Assembly: GCA_050287085.1 (NCBI GenBank)
Contig: JBNKBE010000005.1
Location: 1 to 64,000 of the forward strand
Direction of reading: 5' to 3'
Length of the DNA stretch: 64,000 nucleotides
From: Polyangiaceae bacterium
Lineage (GTDB): Bacteria; Myxococcota_A; Polyangia; Polyangiales; Polyangiaceae
Shown here piece by piece: positions 9,140-18,716 of the stretch. The translations under genes were made by a program, and so were the position numbers. The notes beneath the pieces are model-generated. The model worked only from the letters and a program-made list of their open reading frames with translations, had not been told where the DNA came from and did no database searches. Within the stretch, counting starts at the first letter, position 1, and each line of letters starts with the position of its first letter.

Positions 9140-11206
9140 CTAGGGGGCCGAAGGAATGACCGATTGCCAATCCCAGTAGCAGGCGTGCGTGTTCACGCAG
9201 CGCTTCGTTTCGCTGTCACAAACTCCACTCTTGCACTCGGCATTGAGTGTGCATGAGGTCAACTTGCGCGGCTGACATGCACCCAGGCAATAGGCTCCCG
9301 GTTCGCAGACGGCGTTGGCTTCCTGCGAACAGTTGTCGAAAATGCGCGCCTGCGGCTGGCAGGTGAAGGGCTCACTGGTGTCATTCTTGGCTCGACGGGC
9401 GCAGTTCAACTCGGGACACAAGTAGGCCGGATGCTCGGCGCTTGTCCCGCACATCTCCCCGTTCTCGTACGCGACTGGAGTACACACGCGGTCCTGCGAA
9501 TCGCAGTACGTCACCCCCGGCTGACACAATGAACTCGCGGGATCGCAGGGTTCGTCGACAGCCAGGACCTGCTGACATGTGCTTGACGCCATCACGTTTT
9601 GGTCGAGATTCCTCGCACAGACGAGGCCGTCGGCAGCGCAGAGCGTGTTGTCGAAGTAGCAATCGATATTGTCGCTACTGGATGCGTCTTCAATCGTCGA
9701 AGGTGCTTCACATTGACCGTCAGCGCAGCAGCTGTCGCCCGGACACGCACCGCACGCCACGAAGGTACCGCACGAGTACCCTTCGTCGGCACAAAAGTCC
9801 TTGAATAGATCGAGATTGCAATACCGCGTGACGTCCGCTGGAAACTGGTCCGCATTGAATTTGCAGGTCGCACGCTCACGGGCAGGAAACGCCGAGAGGT
9901 CGACGCTCACGGTCGCGTCTCCAGTGGTGGCAGAGGTGCAATACGCTAGGAGATACGTCCTGTCGGGATACTCCGCCACCCGCTCCGCGATCTCGCCAAA
10001 GGCCTCTGCCCAATCCGCCGGCGTGGGAGCCAGAAACGAGCCGTCGCGTCCAATCGCGCCCAGATCCTCGTCGTCGATGTCAGAACTGATCCCCACCGAA
10101 ATAACGTTAACGCGCGTATTCTGGATCAAGGCTGCATTGAGCTTTGCATTCGATGAATCTCGACCGTCGGAGATGACAACAGCCGTGCCCGTGGTCAGCA
10201 CTCCACCTTCAGTGACCAGATGCCGCAGCGCTCGTACCCGCTCGACAGCTTGGACGCTCCTTTCGACCGCTTGATACAAGGCCGTTCCTTCGCCACGAAC
10301 CAAGCTGACGACGCGCTCTGGCTCCTTCTCGAGGGTTTCCAGCGCTGCGTCCAGCTCCGCCACGTCGGTGGTGAACGGTACATATTCCGCGACGAAGCGC
10401 CCAAAAACCAGAATGCTGATCGAAACCGGTGGGCTCCCAGGCGCGGGTTGAAGACTGTGCACGAAGGTGCGGATCTGGGCTACTAACTCTGAAAGGGCCT
10501 CGGCCTTCTGCTTGTCGCCGCTCACCCCCGTAACAGAGTCTGAGACGTCGATTGCGATGGCCAAGTAGGACTCGACACCGCGCTCGATGACCGTCGCGAC
10601 GCTCTCCTCGTTGTCCCGAATGTCGCGACCGTTCTCCAGAACGACAAAAGCCTCATTCAGGTCGCCTAGGTCTTCCGGGAGCACGGCGGTGCCCGCGCAG
10701 TAGTCAACGGCGAAGTACATGGCAACGGCAGGCTCGTCGAGCGATTGCCGACAGCTCGCTTCCTCAAGATAGCGGATCTTCTTGCAGCCCTTGTCGACGA
10801 CACACACGACTGCGTCGTCTTCGCCCTCTGCGACGTAGCCGTCGTCGCACACACACGCGAGATCTCCAAAAGCCGTCTCCACGCAGCGTCCGTGCCCCCG
10901 ACATGTGGACTCACCACAGTTGGCCGTGCCGGCGCCACCATCGCTACTAGTACCCGCATCGGGGACCGCGTTACCCGCATCGCCCGCGTCGGGAGTGGAG
11001 GCGTCGGAAGCCGCATCGGCCCCCGTCGCTCCCCCCGTGGGTGCACGAGCGTCGCGGCGCGTGCTGCCTCCCTTGGCGCCTGACGCCACATCGTCTAGGC
11101 GCGGCGCCCGATGCTCGCCCTTGCTACATCCGCACAGTACGAGCAACACCACCTGGCTGACGAATGCCAACGCCCAACTCCACGATCCCTTTGATCCGAG
11201 CATCAC
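9140..11206 (-). CDS. VWA-domain lipoprotein with EGF-like and multiple Cys-rich modules
   Basis: Lipobox LCGC, EGF-like CRGHGRC..CVCDDGY, MIDAS DVSDS, GTALY, VISDG, Cys-dense C-terminal third. Confidence 0.8.
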   Translation of the reverse strand: MMLGSKGSWSWALAFVSQVVLLVLCGCSKGEHRAPRLDDVASGAKGGSTRRDARAPTGGATGADAASDASTPDAGDAGNAVPDAGTSSDGGAGTANCGESTCRGHGRCVETAFGDLACVCDDGYVAEGEDDAVVCVVDKGCKKIRYLEEASCRQSLDEPAVAMYFAVDYCAGTAVLPEDLGDLNEAFVVLENGRDIRDNEESVATVIERGVESYLAIAIDVSDSVTGVSGDKQKAEALSELVAQIRTFVHSLQPAPGSPPVSISILVFGRFVAEYVPFTTDVAELDAALETLEKEPERVVSLVRGEGTALYQAVERSVQAVERVRALRHLVTEGGVLTTGTAVVISDGRDSSNAKLNAALIQNTRVNVISVGISSDIDDEDLGAIGRDGSFLAPTPADWAEAFGEIAERVAEYPDRTYLLAYCTSATTGDATVSVDLSAFPARERATCKFNADQFPADVTRYCNLDLFKDFCADEGYSCGTFVACGACPGDSCCADGQCEAPSTIEDASSSDNIDCYFDNTLCAADGLVCARNLDQNVMASSTCQQVLAVDEPCDPASSLCQPGVTYCDSQDRVCTPVAYENGEMCGTSAEHPAYLCPELNCARRAKNDTSEPFTCQPQARIFDNCSQEANAVCEPGAYCLGACQPRKLTSCTLNAECKSGVCDSETKRCVNTHACYWDWQSVIPSAP

Positions 11207-11353
11207 CCAGAAGGGTAGTCCAAGTCGCGGAACTGCACAAACCCGCGGCCGTTCCGACCACGGGACGCCGCCGAAAGCCTCCGACCTGCCCCCACCTGGC
11301 CCGACACGGGGAGCTCCCCGAAGCCGCTTGGGGCTGCGCTCAGCCTGACCGCA

Positions 11354-12541
11354 TCAGGCTCGCCCTTTGAGCATACCGTGCCAGTACAGACTGGGCAGCG
11401 CATACGCTTTGAGCGCATACATGGTATAGCGCTCCTCAGCCTGATCGAAGGGAAATGTTTCCATGATCTTGCCATCATAGCCGAACTCCGCCAGCATCAC
11501 TTTGCCGTATCCGGTGACCAGCGGACAGGAAGCATAGCCGTCGTAGCTAGCTGGGAGGGGTCGTGCGTCACGAAACGCCAATAGATTCGCCACCAGCACA
11601 GGAGCCTGCTTGCGAATCGCCGCTCCGGTTTTGGAACACGGCAGACTACTGGCGTCGCCGAGTGAGAACACGTTGGGAAAACGGGTGTGCTGCAGGGTGT
11701 GGCGATCGACCTCAACCCAACCACCGTCTCCCGCCAGAGGGCTGCGCTTCACGAAATCGGGAGCGCTTTGCGGTGGCACCACGTGAATGAGATCGTAGTT
11801 GAGCACGAGTTCTGACTCTCCGCTCGTGCTGCGGAAGACCGCTTCTTTGGTCGCCGGCCGTATCTCCACGAGGTCCCGCTGGAACTCAGTCTCGATATTC
11901 CGTTCTTTCACGATTTCACGTAGTGGCGCCGCGTACTTCGGAATGCCAAAAATGCCAGCAGTCGCTGAAACGTACTTGACGGCGATTCGATCGCGAACGC
12001 CGCGACGTCGAAACGCCTCTTCGCTCAGATACATTGCTTTCTGCGGCGCCCCAGCGCACTTGATCGGAGTCGCGGGGAAAGTGAACAGGGCGTTGCCTGA
12101 CGACAGCTTCGACACCGCCTCCCAGGTATAGGGAACGGTCTGATAGGAGTAGTTGCTGCAAACGCCATCCTTGCCCAATGCTTCAGGCAAGCCCTTGACC
12201 TTGCTCCAATCGAGCTGAATCCCCGGCGCGACAACAAGCTGTCTGTATAGAACCGTCTTGCCCGAGTCGGTGCTGATGGAATTGCTTTCCGGTTGAAAGC
12301 CGCTGACGCGATCACGGAGCCAGGTTACGCCTTTGGGCATAACCCGCCGCATTTCTCGCGCGGTCGTCTCCCGCTGAAATATCCCGCCTCCAACCAACGT
12401 CCAAAGCGGCTGATAGTAGTGGTATTCCGCAGGCTCAAGTACCGCCACCGTGAGTTCGGGCTTTGCTCCAAGCAGGCGAGCCGCAACCGTAATACCAGCC
12501 GTACCCCCGCCAACAATCACTACGTCAAATACATCTGTCAT
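11354..12541 (-). CDS. sqr: Sulfide:quinone oxidoreductase (type II-like)
   Basis: GGGTAG FAD motif, HYYQPLWTLVGGG, IKCAGAPQK, LGD, KTGAAIRKQ, YDGYASCPLVTG (both catalytic Cys). Confidence 0.9.
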   Translation of the reverse strand: MTDVFDVVIVGGGTAGITVAARLLGAKPELTVAVLEPAEYHYYQPLWTLVGGGIFQRETTAREMRRVMPKGVTWLRDRVSGFQPESNSISTDSGKTVLYRQLVVAPGIQLDWSKVKGLPEALGKDGVCSNYSYQTVPYTWEAVSKLSSGNALFTFPATPIKCAGAPQKAMYLSEEAFRRRGVRDRIAVKYVSATAGIFGIPKYAAPLREIVKERNIETEFQRDLVEIRPATKEAVFRSTSGESELVLNYDLIHVVPPQSAPDFVKRSPLAGDGGWVEVDRHTLQHTRFPNVFSLGDASSLPCSKTGAAIRKQAPVLVANLLAFRDARPLPASYDGYASCPLVTGYGKVMLAEFGYDGKIMETFPFDQAEERYTMYALKAYALPSLYWHGMLKGRA

Positions 12542-12607
12542 GCGCTATCCTCTCCACGACCCACTGCAAGCGACCGCCACCGCCGTTCGCCGACCCCAAA
12601 GTTTCGC

Positions 12608-13261
12608 CTATCCGCGTCCGTGCAGCTGCTTTGGATTGGCCCCCAAGCCCGCCCCGAAGCGCCCCAGTACCTGAAGGGCAAAGCCGACGGCATGCTGCAC
12701 GGGCTCCGTTCCCATGGCACGGATCACCCCAAACAAGCCGAGCGGTCGTGGAGGGGCGGCTTGAGCCTCAGCAATTGCTTGAGCAAACGCCCTGACTGCC
12801 GAAAGCGTGCCGCTTTCGAACAGCGCCGAGTCAAGCAGTCCACGAAAACGCGGTGAGGCGAATAGTGCGACCGACCGCACCGCCGCATCCATCAACCCTG
12901 TTGCCGTCTCTTCGACGCGCATCCCGCCGGTCTCTAGCCGCGACAATGCTTCGTCGGCGCTGTCTGCGGCAATGGCTACCATGTCGGGCATCCGCTCCGC
13001 GAGATCGACGAGCATTCGCAGCGAACGCAGCGTTTCCGGCCGAGACATGCGCTCGACGAGTGCCGTCAGCTCGCGGACGCGAGCCGCGACGTCCCCCACA
13101 GACGCGGCCTGCTCGTCCACCGTGTCGGCAGCGATGGCGAAGAGACTTGGCAGACTCTCCGCTAGCTCGGCGAGCTTCTGCGTATTGGCTTCGATTCGTT
13201 CTAGACGCGTTGCCAAATCAGTCCCCGGCGCGGCCCCAGATTGTGTCTGTCCCTCGTTCAT
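12608..13261 (-). CDS. DUF1641-like helical protein
   Basis: Repeated AIAADT/SxDE helices and C-terminal LGLFGVIRAMGTEPVQHAVGF resembling DUF1641. Lies between pdo and sqr. Confidence 0.7.
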   Translation of the reverse strand: MNEGQTQSGAAPGTDLATRLERIEANTQKLAELAESLPSLFAIAADTVDEQAASVGDVAARVRELTALVERMSRPETLRSLRMLVDLAERMPDMVAIAADSADEALSRLETGGMRVEETATGLMDAAVRSVALFASPRFRGLLDSALFESGTLSAVRAFAQAIAEAQAAPPRPLGLFGVIRAMGTEPVQHAVGFALQVLGRFGAGLGANPKQLHGRG

Positions 13262-13348
13262 GTCTTGTCCGTTCGTCCTGTTTACCCTCACCCTGCTAGC
13301 GACGTCGCTGCTATCGACGCTGTAAGGGTCGGCTCGAATGCACCCGAC

Positions 13349-14236
13349 TCATAGCGGGCTCCCCGCGTCATCGGTCGGGCGCGTACGATTCAAGGGAATC
13401 GTGAGATAACGTATGCCATTTGCGTGGGCCGGCGCAAGCTTTCCGGCGTTAGCGTTAACCTGCAAACTCTGGTAGATGAGCCGGGGTGGTGCGAGTCGCG
13501 CGTCGCGTTCGTCTCGTGCCCGAGTGAAGTCTTCCTTGCGCGTTTCCGCCCTCAGGATGGGATTGCACTTCTTGGACTTGCCGATCGTCGTCTCATACGC
13601 CAGCGTGCGACCTTCTGGGAGGTAGTCGTGTCCGACGAAGACCCGGGTTTCGTCGGGCAGCGAGTAGAGACGTCCATGAATGGAATCGTACAACTCGGCA
13701 GAGCTGCCATTGGGAAAGTCGGCCCGCCCTGTTCCGTAGTCGTCCATGAATAGCGAATCGCCGGTGAACACTGCATCGCGAATCTTGTAGCTCACACATG
13801 CGGGTGTGTGACCTGGAGTCGCGATCACCTCTATGACAAGCGCACCTGCCGCCAACGTCTCGCCATCAGATACCAAGCGATCAAATTGCGAACCATCAAC
13901 CGCGAAGTCTTCGGGCAAGTCGAAGACCGCCTTGAACGTGCTCTGAACCTGCTTGATGCGTTCACCGATCACCACTGGAGCGTTGAGGTTGCGTTTGAGC
14001 AACTGAGAGCCCGTGAGATGATCTGCGTGGGCGTGCGTTTCGAGCACGTAGTGCACCCGAAGGTTCTGCTCGCGCACACGGCCCAATACTTCCCCCACCG
14101 ACTCGGTGCTCGTCGTCCAGCGCAACGCATCAAAGTTGAGCACTGGGTCGATAACCACCGCGTCGCGGGTGTCCGGATCCCACACCAGGTAGGTCAGTGT
14201 GTTGGTGGGTTCATCGAAAAAGGCTTCAATTTTCAT
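13349..14236 (-). CDS. pdo: Persulfide dioxygenase (ETHE1/Blh-type MBL fold)
   Basis: [38 protein letters not shown]. Start taken at MKIEAFF. Confidence 0.88.
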   Translation of the reverse strand: MKIEAFFDEPTNTLTYLVWDPDTRDAVVIDPVLNFDALRWTTSTESVGEVLGRVREQNLRVHYVLETHAHADHLTGSQLLKRNLNAPVVIGERIKQVQSTFKAVFDLPEDFAVDGSQFDRLVSDGETLAAGALVIEVIATPGHTPACVSYKIRDAVFTGDSLFMDDYGTGRADFPNGSSAELYDSIHGRLYSLPDETRVFVGHDYLPEGRTLAYETTIGKSKKCNPILRAETRKEDFTRARDERDARLAPPRLIYQSLQVNANAGKLAPAHANGIRYLTIPLNRTRPTDDAGSPL

Positions 14237-14374
14237 GACGGGGTCCTTTCCATAGGAGGGCCAAAGGTTCACGAGAGCCGACAAAGTCCGAAACTCGCCT
14301 CTGAAGCGAGCCCTGCGACGCGGTGCGCCCAACCGCCCCGCCGCGGCCACTCTGGCGGCCTCACTCACCTCCTC

Positions 14375-14390
14375 TGCAGCACCCATGCCA
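14375..14390 (-). promoter_or_regulatory. Putative sigma54 (-24/-12) promoter for pdo-DUF1641-sqr
   Basis: Minus strand reads TGGCATGGGTGCTGCA (GG-N10-GC), about 140 nt upstream of the pdo ATG. Confidence 0.6.
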
Positions 14391-14787
14391 ACGGCGACCA
14401 GCGCCCAGAGGCACGCGTCTTCCAGCGTAGATCCCCAGGTCACCGCACACCGACCCAGACGCTCCGGGCCGCTCGCGGGGCCATCGCGCAACGCTTTGCA
14501 TCAACCGCCGAGACTCGTTGAAACACCGCCCCCCGGGCGACGGCGCGCAGCCCGGCGACGCGCCCAGGGGAACTGCAGCTCTGGGTCACGGCTCAAAGGC
14601 CGGCAGCGTCTCGCACTACAACATGTCCGTCGCTATCCGGGAGATAGCGGACGGCTCCGGCGAACCAGCGGTCCCAAACGCAGCGGCTGCAAGTTTCCTC
14701 GAATCGAGCTCCGCGTCCCAGCGGCGAAGCGCTCGCCCCGCCACCGGGACGTTGGAGGGGGGACGCGGGTCTGGTACATTCCCCGAC

Positions 14788-15054
14788 ATGAAGCAGCGTG
14801 CGTCCATGAGTGGTTCAATCCTGGTGGCAATCGCGCTCGCCGCCTGCTCGGCGAGCCAATCGTCGGCCAAAGACCCCTACCTCCCGCCGGAGACCGGAGA
14901 ACAAAGCGCCCCTGTTCCCGAAGAGCCAGAGTGTGTCGATCAAGACAACAACCCCGCAAGGTGTGAGCAGGATAGCGACTGCTGCGCTGGCTTCGTCTGC
15001 GGCCATGACCCAGAGCTCAATCACCGTGAGCTCTTCTGCCTCTTCGCGGGCTAA
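14788..15054 (+). CDS. Small Cys-rich lipoprotein (C-C-CC-C-C spacing)
   Basis: Lipobox LAAC, then C-x9-C-x5-CC-x4-C-x12-C. Confidence 0.75.
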   Translation: MKQRASMSGSILVAIALAACSASQSSAKDPYLPPETGEQSAPVPEEPECVDQDNNPARCEQDSDCCAGFVCGHDPELNHRELFCLFAG

Positions 15055-15108
15055 CTGCTTTCGCGGGCCAACGGCTTTCGCGGGCCGACTGCTTTCGCGG
15101 GCCGACTG
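15044..15108. repeat. 17-bp tandem repeat, about 4 copies
   Basis: TCGCGGGC(T/C)(A/G)AC(T/G)GCTT units start at 15044, 15061, 15078 and 15095. Confidence 0.9.
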
Positions 15109-15349
15109 TGCGAAGCGGCACAAGGCCTGCCGTGCCGCCCCAGTTCGACTCTGCTGCGATCCCGGACGGCGTCTCGGGGGAGCCGTGCGCCGGCTCACGG
15201 CACAAGCTTGCGCACCCAGGGCGGAAGCCTTCGCTCACTGTGCTACGGTTGGCCTCGCTGTGTGGGCGGACCGCCCCTCGACGCTTCTTTCGCGAGCCAC
15301 GACCGAGGGCCCGGGCGTCCTGGAGACATACGGCCAACGCACTGACTGA

Positions 15350-17308
15350 ATGCCTCGACCTGTGATGTTACTATTCCGCTCATTTCTCTCGCGCGCCTTT
15401 GCTCGTGCTGAATCCACCTGTGCGACGCGCTCGACTGCAGGCCAAGGAATGCTGGGCGCGCCCCTGGGGCGAGCCCGCTCTCGCGGACTTCAATCTCAGC
15501 TCGGTTGCGTTCAACTCGTCTCCGCAGCGCTCGTCTCGCTCCTTGTCGCCGGTTGCGCTAAGGGCACGTCGGAACGAGCCAAGCCCAGCCCCCGCGATTC
15601 GCTGGTACCGACGCTCCGGCGAGACCCTCTACCCGAGGTCGACGCGAGCGTGCCGGAGTCGCAAACCAGCCGTCTGGCGAGATTGCACATGCCCACCGAC
15701 GAGCCCTTGGACGATGTTCCAAAGGCATTGCGCTGTTCAGGCGAGCCGGTATCCCGAGTCATGCGACGCTTGAATCGTCGCGAGTACAACAACACGGTTC
15801 GCGACCTCCTGGGGGACAACTCGCGCCCAAGCGACGCGTTTCCGGAAGACGGCTTCGGCGACAGCTTCGACAACAACGCGGCGGCGCTGAGCGTCAGCCC
15901 GCTGCTCATGGAGGGATACCAGGCAGCCGCCCACGCGCTCGGGGAAGCGGCCGTCGCCAAGGAGTCTCCAGTCTACGAAGAATTGCTCGGGTGTAGCCTT
16001 GCGCAGAAGGGCACCCTCGGCTGCGCCCGCGAAACACTCTCCGCCTTCACGGCTCGGGCATTTCGGCGACCCCTGCTGGACGCCGAGCTGGAGCCTTTCA
16101 TCGAGCTGTTGCTATCCGCCCGAGACGAAGGACTGACCTACCCACGGGCACTTCAGGTGACGCTTGAAGCGGTATTCTTGTCGCCCAATTTTCTCTTTCA
16201 GATCGAGCGTGACGTCGATCCAGAGACAAGCGCGGCCCACCGTTTGACCGCTTTTGAGGTGGCGTCCCGTCTCTCCTATGGCCTGTGGGCCACCATGCCG
16301 GACGACGCGCTCTTCAAGGCCGCCGCCTCAGGTGAACTCGATACACCGGAAGGTGTTAGTGCTCAAGCCGAGCGGATGCTCGATGATCCGAAAGCAGAAG
16401 AGCTGTTGCACTCTTTCGTGGGCCAATGGTTGGAGGTCAATGACATCTCACGTACCAACGCTCCTGCCACCGAGCTCTTTCCCGACTACAGTCCGGAGGT
16501 GCAAGCAGCGATGGAGAACGAGACACGTCTGTTCATGCGGGACATCGTACAAGGTGAAGTCCCTTTCGAAGAGATGTTGACCGCGGACTTCACCTACGTA
16601 AACCAGACGCTCGCGAAGTTTTACCAACTCGAGGGAGAGTTTGGCGACGAGTTCGAGCGGACGTCGCTCGAGGGCAGTGAACGACGGGGACTTCTGAGCC
16701 ATGGTTCCATTCTTACGGCGACAGGGGCGCCAACCCGAACGTCGCCGGTACGCCGCGGCGTCTTCGTCCTTTCCAATCTATTGTGCTCCCCGCCCCCTCC
16801 GCCCCCCCCAGGCGTGCAGAACAACCTCGACGGGCCTAGCGCCGATGCAGACGCAGGCGTACCACCGCTGGCGGAACGCCTGGCTGCTCACGCAGAAGAC
16901 GCCCAATGCGCCGGCTGCCACGCCCTGATGGATCCCATCGGATTGGGACTGGAGAACTTCGACGCGGTCGGACGCTACCGACTTGAGGACGAGGGAGAGT
17001 CAATCGACGCGCGCGGCGAGATACTGGTGGATGGAGAGACACGCAGCTTCACTGGCCCGGTCGAGCTCGGAGAGCTGTTGTCCGAAGACCCAAGACTTGC
17101 GCGCTGCGCTACCCAGAAGCTCTTGACGTATATGCTGGCGAGAGAACTTACGAAGAACGACAACGACAACTGCCGTCTGCAGGCGCTGCTAGACGCCTTC
17201 ACCGACTCCAGCTCGAACTTCAGAGACCTGATAACGAATCTAGTCCAAACCGACGCATTCCGCGCCCGGCTCCCCCCCAACACTGGGTCGCAGAAGGAGG
17301 ACAAGTGA
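15350..17308 (+). CDS. Second DUF1592-type haem-c lipoprotein; start may be downstream (e.g. 15449)
   Basis: LLVAGC lipobox, RRLNRREYNNTVRDLLG, FEVASRLSYGLWATMPDD, RTSPVRRG, CAGCH, GLENFDAVGRYR. Confidence 0.9.
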   Translation: MPRPVMLLFRSFLSRAFARAESTCATRSTAGQGMLGAPLGRARSRGLQSQLGCVQLVSAALVSLLVAGCAKGTSERAKPSPRDSLVPTLRRDPLPEVDASVPESQTSRLARLHMPTDEPLDDVPKALRCSGEPVSRVMRRLNRREYNNTVRDLLGDNSRPSDAFPEDGFGDSFDNNAAALSVSPLLMEGYQAAAHALGEAAVAKESPVYEELLGCSLAQKGTLGCARETLSAFTARAFRRPLLDAELEPFIELLLSARDEGLTYPRALQVTLEAVFLSPNFLFQIERDVDPETSAAHRLTAFEVASRLSYGLWATMPDDALFKAAASGELDTPEGVSAQAERMLDDPKAEELLHSFVGQWLEVNDISRTNAPATELFPDYSPEVQAAMENETRLFMRDIVQGEVPFEEMLTADFTYVNQTLAKFYQLEGEFGDEFERTSLEGSERRGLLSHGSILTATGAPTRTSPVRRGVFVLSNLLCSPPPPPPPGVQNNLDGPSADADAGVPPLAERLAAHAEDAQCAGCHALMDPIGLGLENFDAVGRYRLEDEGESIDARGEILVDGETRSFTGPVELGELLSEDPRLARCATQKLLTYMLARELTKNDNDNCRLQALLDAFTDSSSNFRDLITNLVQTDAFRARLPPNTGSQKEDK

Positions 17309-18696
17309 ATTTGGGCAAGCCCCTCTCGCGACGCCACCTCTTACTTGGCGCTGGCGCCAGCGTAGCGTTGCCTTTCCTCGAGGCTATGTCACCTCGTTCA
17401 TCCGTTGCGCGAGCCAGCGTGGTCGCCCCTCGTCGCTGGGTGCTCTGGCATTTTCCCACTGGCTATCGACGAGACACCTGGGTGGTCGACGGCCCGGGTG
17501 AAGGAGAAAAGGACTGGAAGCTCACGCCAAGCCTTGAGCCTCTCGGCGAGCTCGGGCTTAAGGGCGACGTAAGTGTGATCCAAGGCACCGGGTCGACCTA
17601 CTACGCCCGCAGTCAGGGGGCTTCGCACACGTGCGGAGTATCCGCTCAGCTGACCGGGTTCAACTGCACACCAGAGCTCAGCGTCAATCGACGAACGATT
17701 GACCAGGACATCGCTGATTCGATCGGTCGTGATACGCCGATACGCTCGCTACAACTGGGAACCCGGATTCTACACGAGAATCCAAACGACGAGCCAGGTT
17801 ACTCTTCAGTCCTCAAAGACCACCTGTCATGGAAGGACGACGCGACTCCGCTTCCGAAGCAGGTGGACCCGGCGCAGGTGTTCAAACGGTTGTTCGGAGA
17901 TATCGTCACAGACGACGCGCTTTCCGCGGCTGAAGAGGCGAGAAGCCAGCGACTCCGACGGAGCGTTCTGGACACCGTTCTGACCGACGCGCGCTCGCTT
18001 TCATCCTACTTGGGCTCTCGGGATCGACAGAAGCTGGAGCAATACCTCGACAATGTGCGAGAGGTGGAGGCCAGCATTCAGGCGGCTCCGAGAAACGACA
18101 GCTCGGGGATGTGCAGCGCCCAAGAGCGAGTGGCGAGCTTCCATGCACCCGATGACATTGAAGATCACGTACGCCAGATGAATCAGCTGATGCTCCTGGC
18201 GCTGCAGTGCGACGCAACACGCGTCATAGTGTTTCAATACGAAAACACGGTGACGCCAATCCGTCACCCCTTCCTCGGTGTGAACGCGCCGTATCACTTG
18301 GGCGTCACGCATCACAGCTCGGATCTCGAGAAGCTGCGGGACTACGCAACGGTCAATCGCTGGCTGGTATCGCAATACGGAGAGTTTGTTAAGTCGCTGA
18401 AGGAAAGCGAAGACGTAGATGGCGAGTCGCTTCTGCACAACTGCTCCGTCGTGATGACAAGCGAACTCGGTGACGGCAACAGCCACGACCACGGTGACCT
18501 GCCGTGTCTGCTTGCCGGGCGTGCCGGTGGCGCCCTTCAATCGGGAAGGCACCTCTGGCGCGCAGGCGCAGACTTCATGCAGGTACTGATCGGAACAGCT
18601 CAAGCCGTAGGAGCAAAAATCGACTCCTTTGGGGTAGACTACCGAGGGAAGCAGGACGCGCCCATCGACGGTCCGCTCCCCGGGCTCCTTGATTGA
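17305..18696 (+). CDS. Second DUF1552 family protein with Tat-type leader
   Basis: LSRRHLLLGAGASVALPFLEAM, TIDQ, RRSVLD, LALQCDATRV, YHLGVTHH, GNSHDH. Confidence 0.9.
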   Translation: MNLGKPLSRRHLLLGAGASVALPFLEAMSPRSSVARASVVAPRRWVLWHFPTGYRRDTWVVDGPGEGEKDWKLTPSLEPLGELGLKGDVSVIQGTGSTYYARSQGASHTCGVSAQLTGFNCTPELSVNRRTIDQDIADSIGRDTPIRSLQLGTRILHENPNDEPGYSSVLKDHLSWKDDATPLPKQVDPAQVFKRLFGDIVTDDALSAAEEARSQRLRRSVLDTVLTDARSLSSYLGSRDRQKLEQYLDNVREVEASIQAAPRNDSSGMCSAQERVASFHAPDDIEDHVRQMNQLMLLALQCDATRVIVFQYENTVTPIRHPFLGVNAPYHLGVTHHSSDLEKLRDYATVNRWLVSQYGEFVKSLKESEDVDGESLLHNCSVVMTSELGDGNSHDHGDLPCLLAGRAGGALQSGRHLWRAGADFMQVLIGTAQAVGAKIDSFGVDYRGKQDAPIDGPLPGLLD

Positions 18697-18716
18697 GAGC
18701 CCGCGGATGGGGAAGT

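Noticed and set aside
11235..11310. Resemblance to a c-di-GMP-I (GEMM) riboswitch (CAAACCC..GGGACG..GAAAGCCTCCG)
   Set aside because: It is on the plus strand while both flanking genes are minus, it lacks the GNRA tetraloop, and the spacing is off. A cmscan hit would be needed.
14237..14491. Long N-terminal extensions in the ORF track (pdo, and likewise actB, actA, pheS, aguB, SCO)
   Set aside because: The extensions are non-homologous read-through; family homology begins at the downstream starts used in the feature list.
15044..15108. Possible CRISPR array
   Set aside because: The units are directly adjacent with no spacers, and no cas genes are present.
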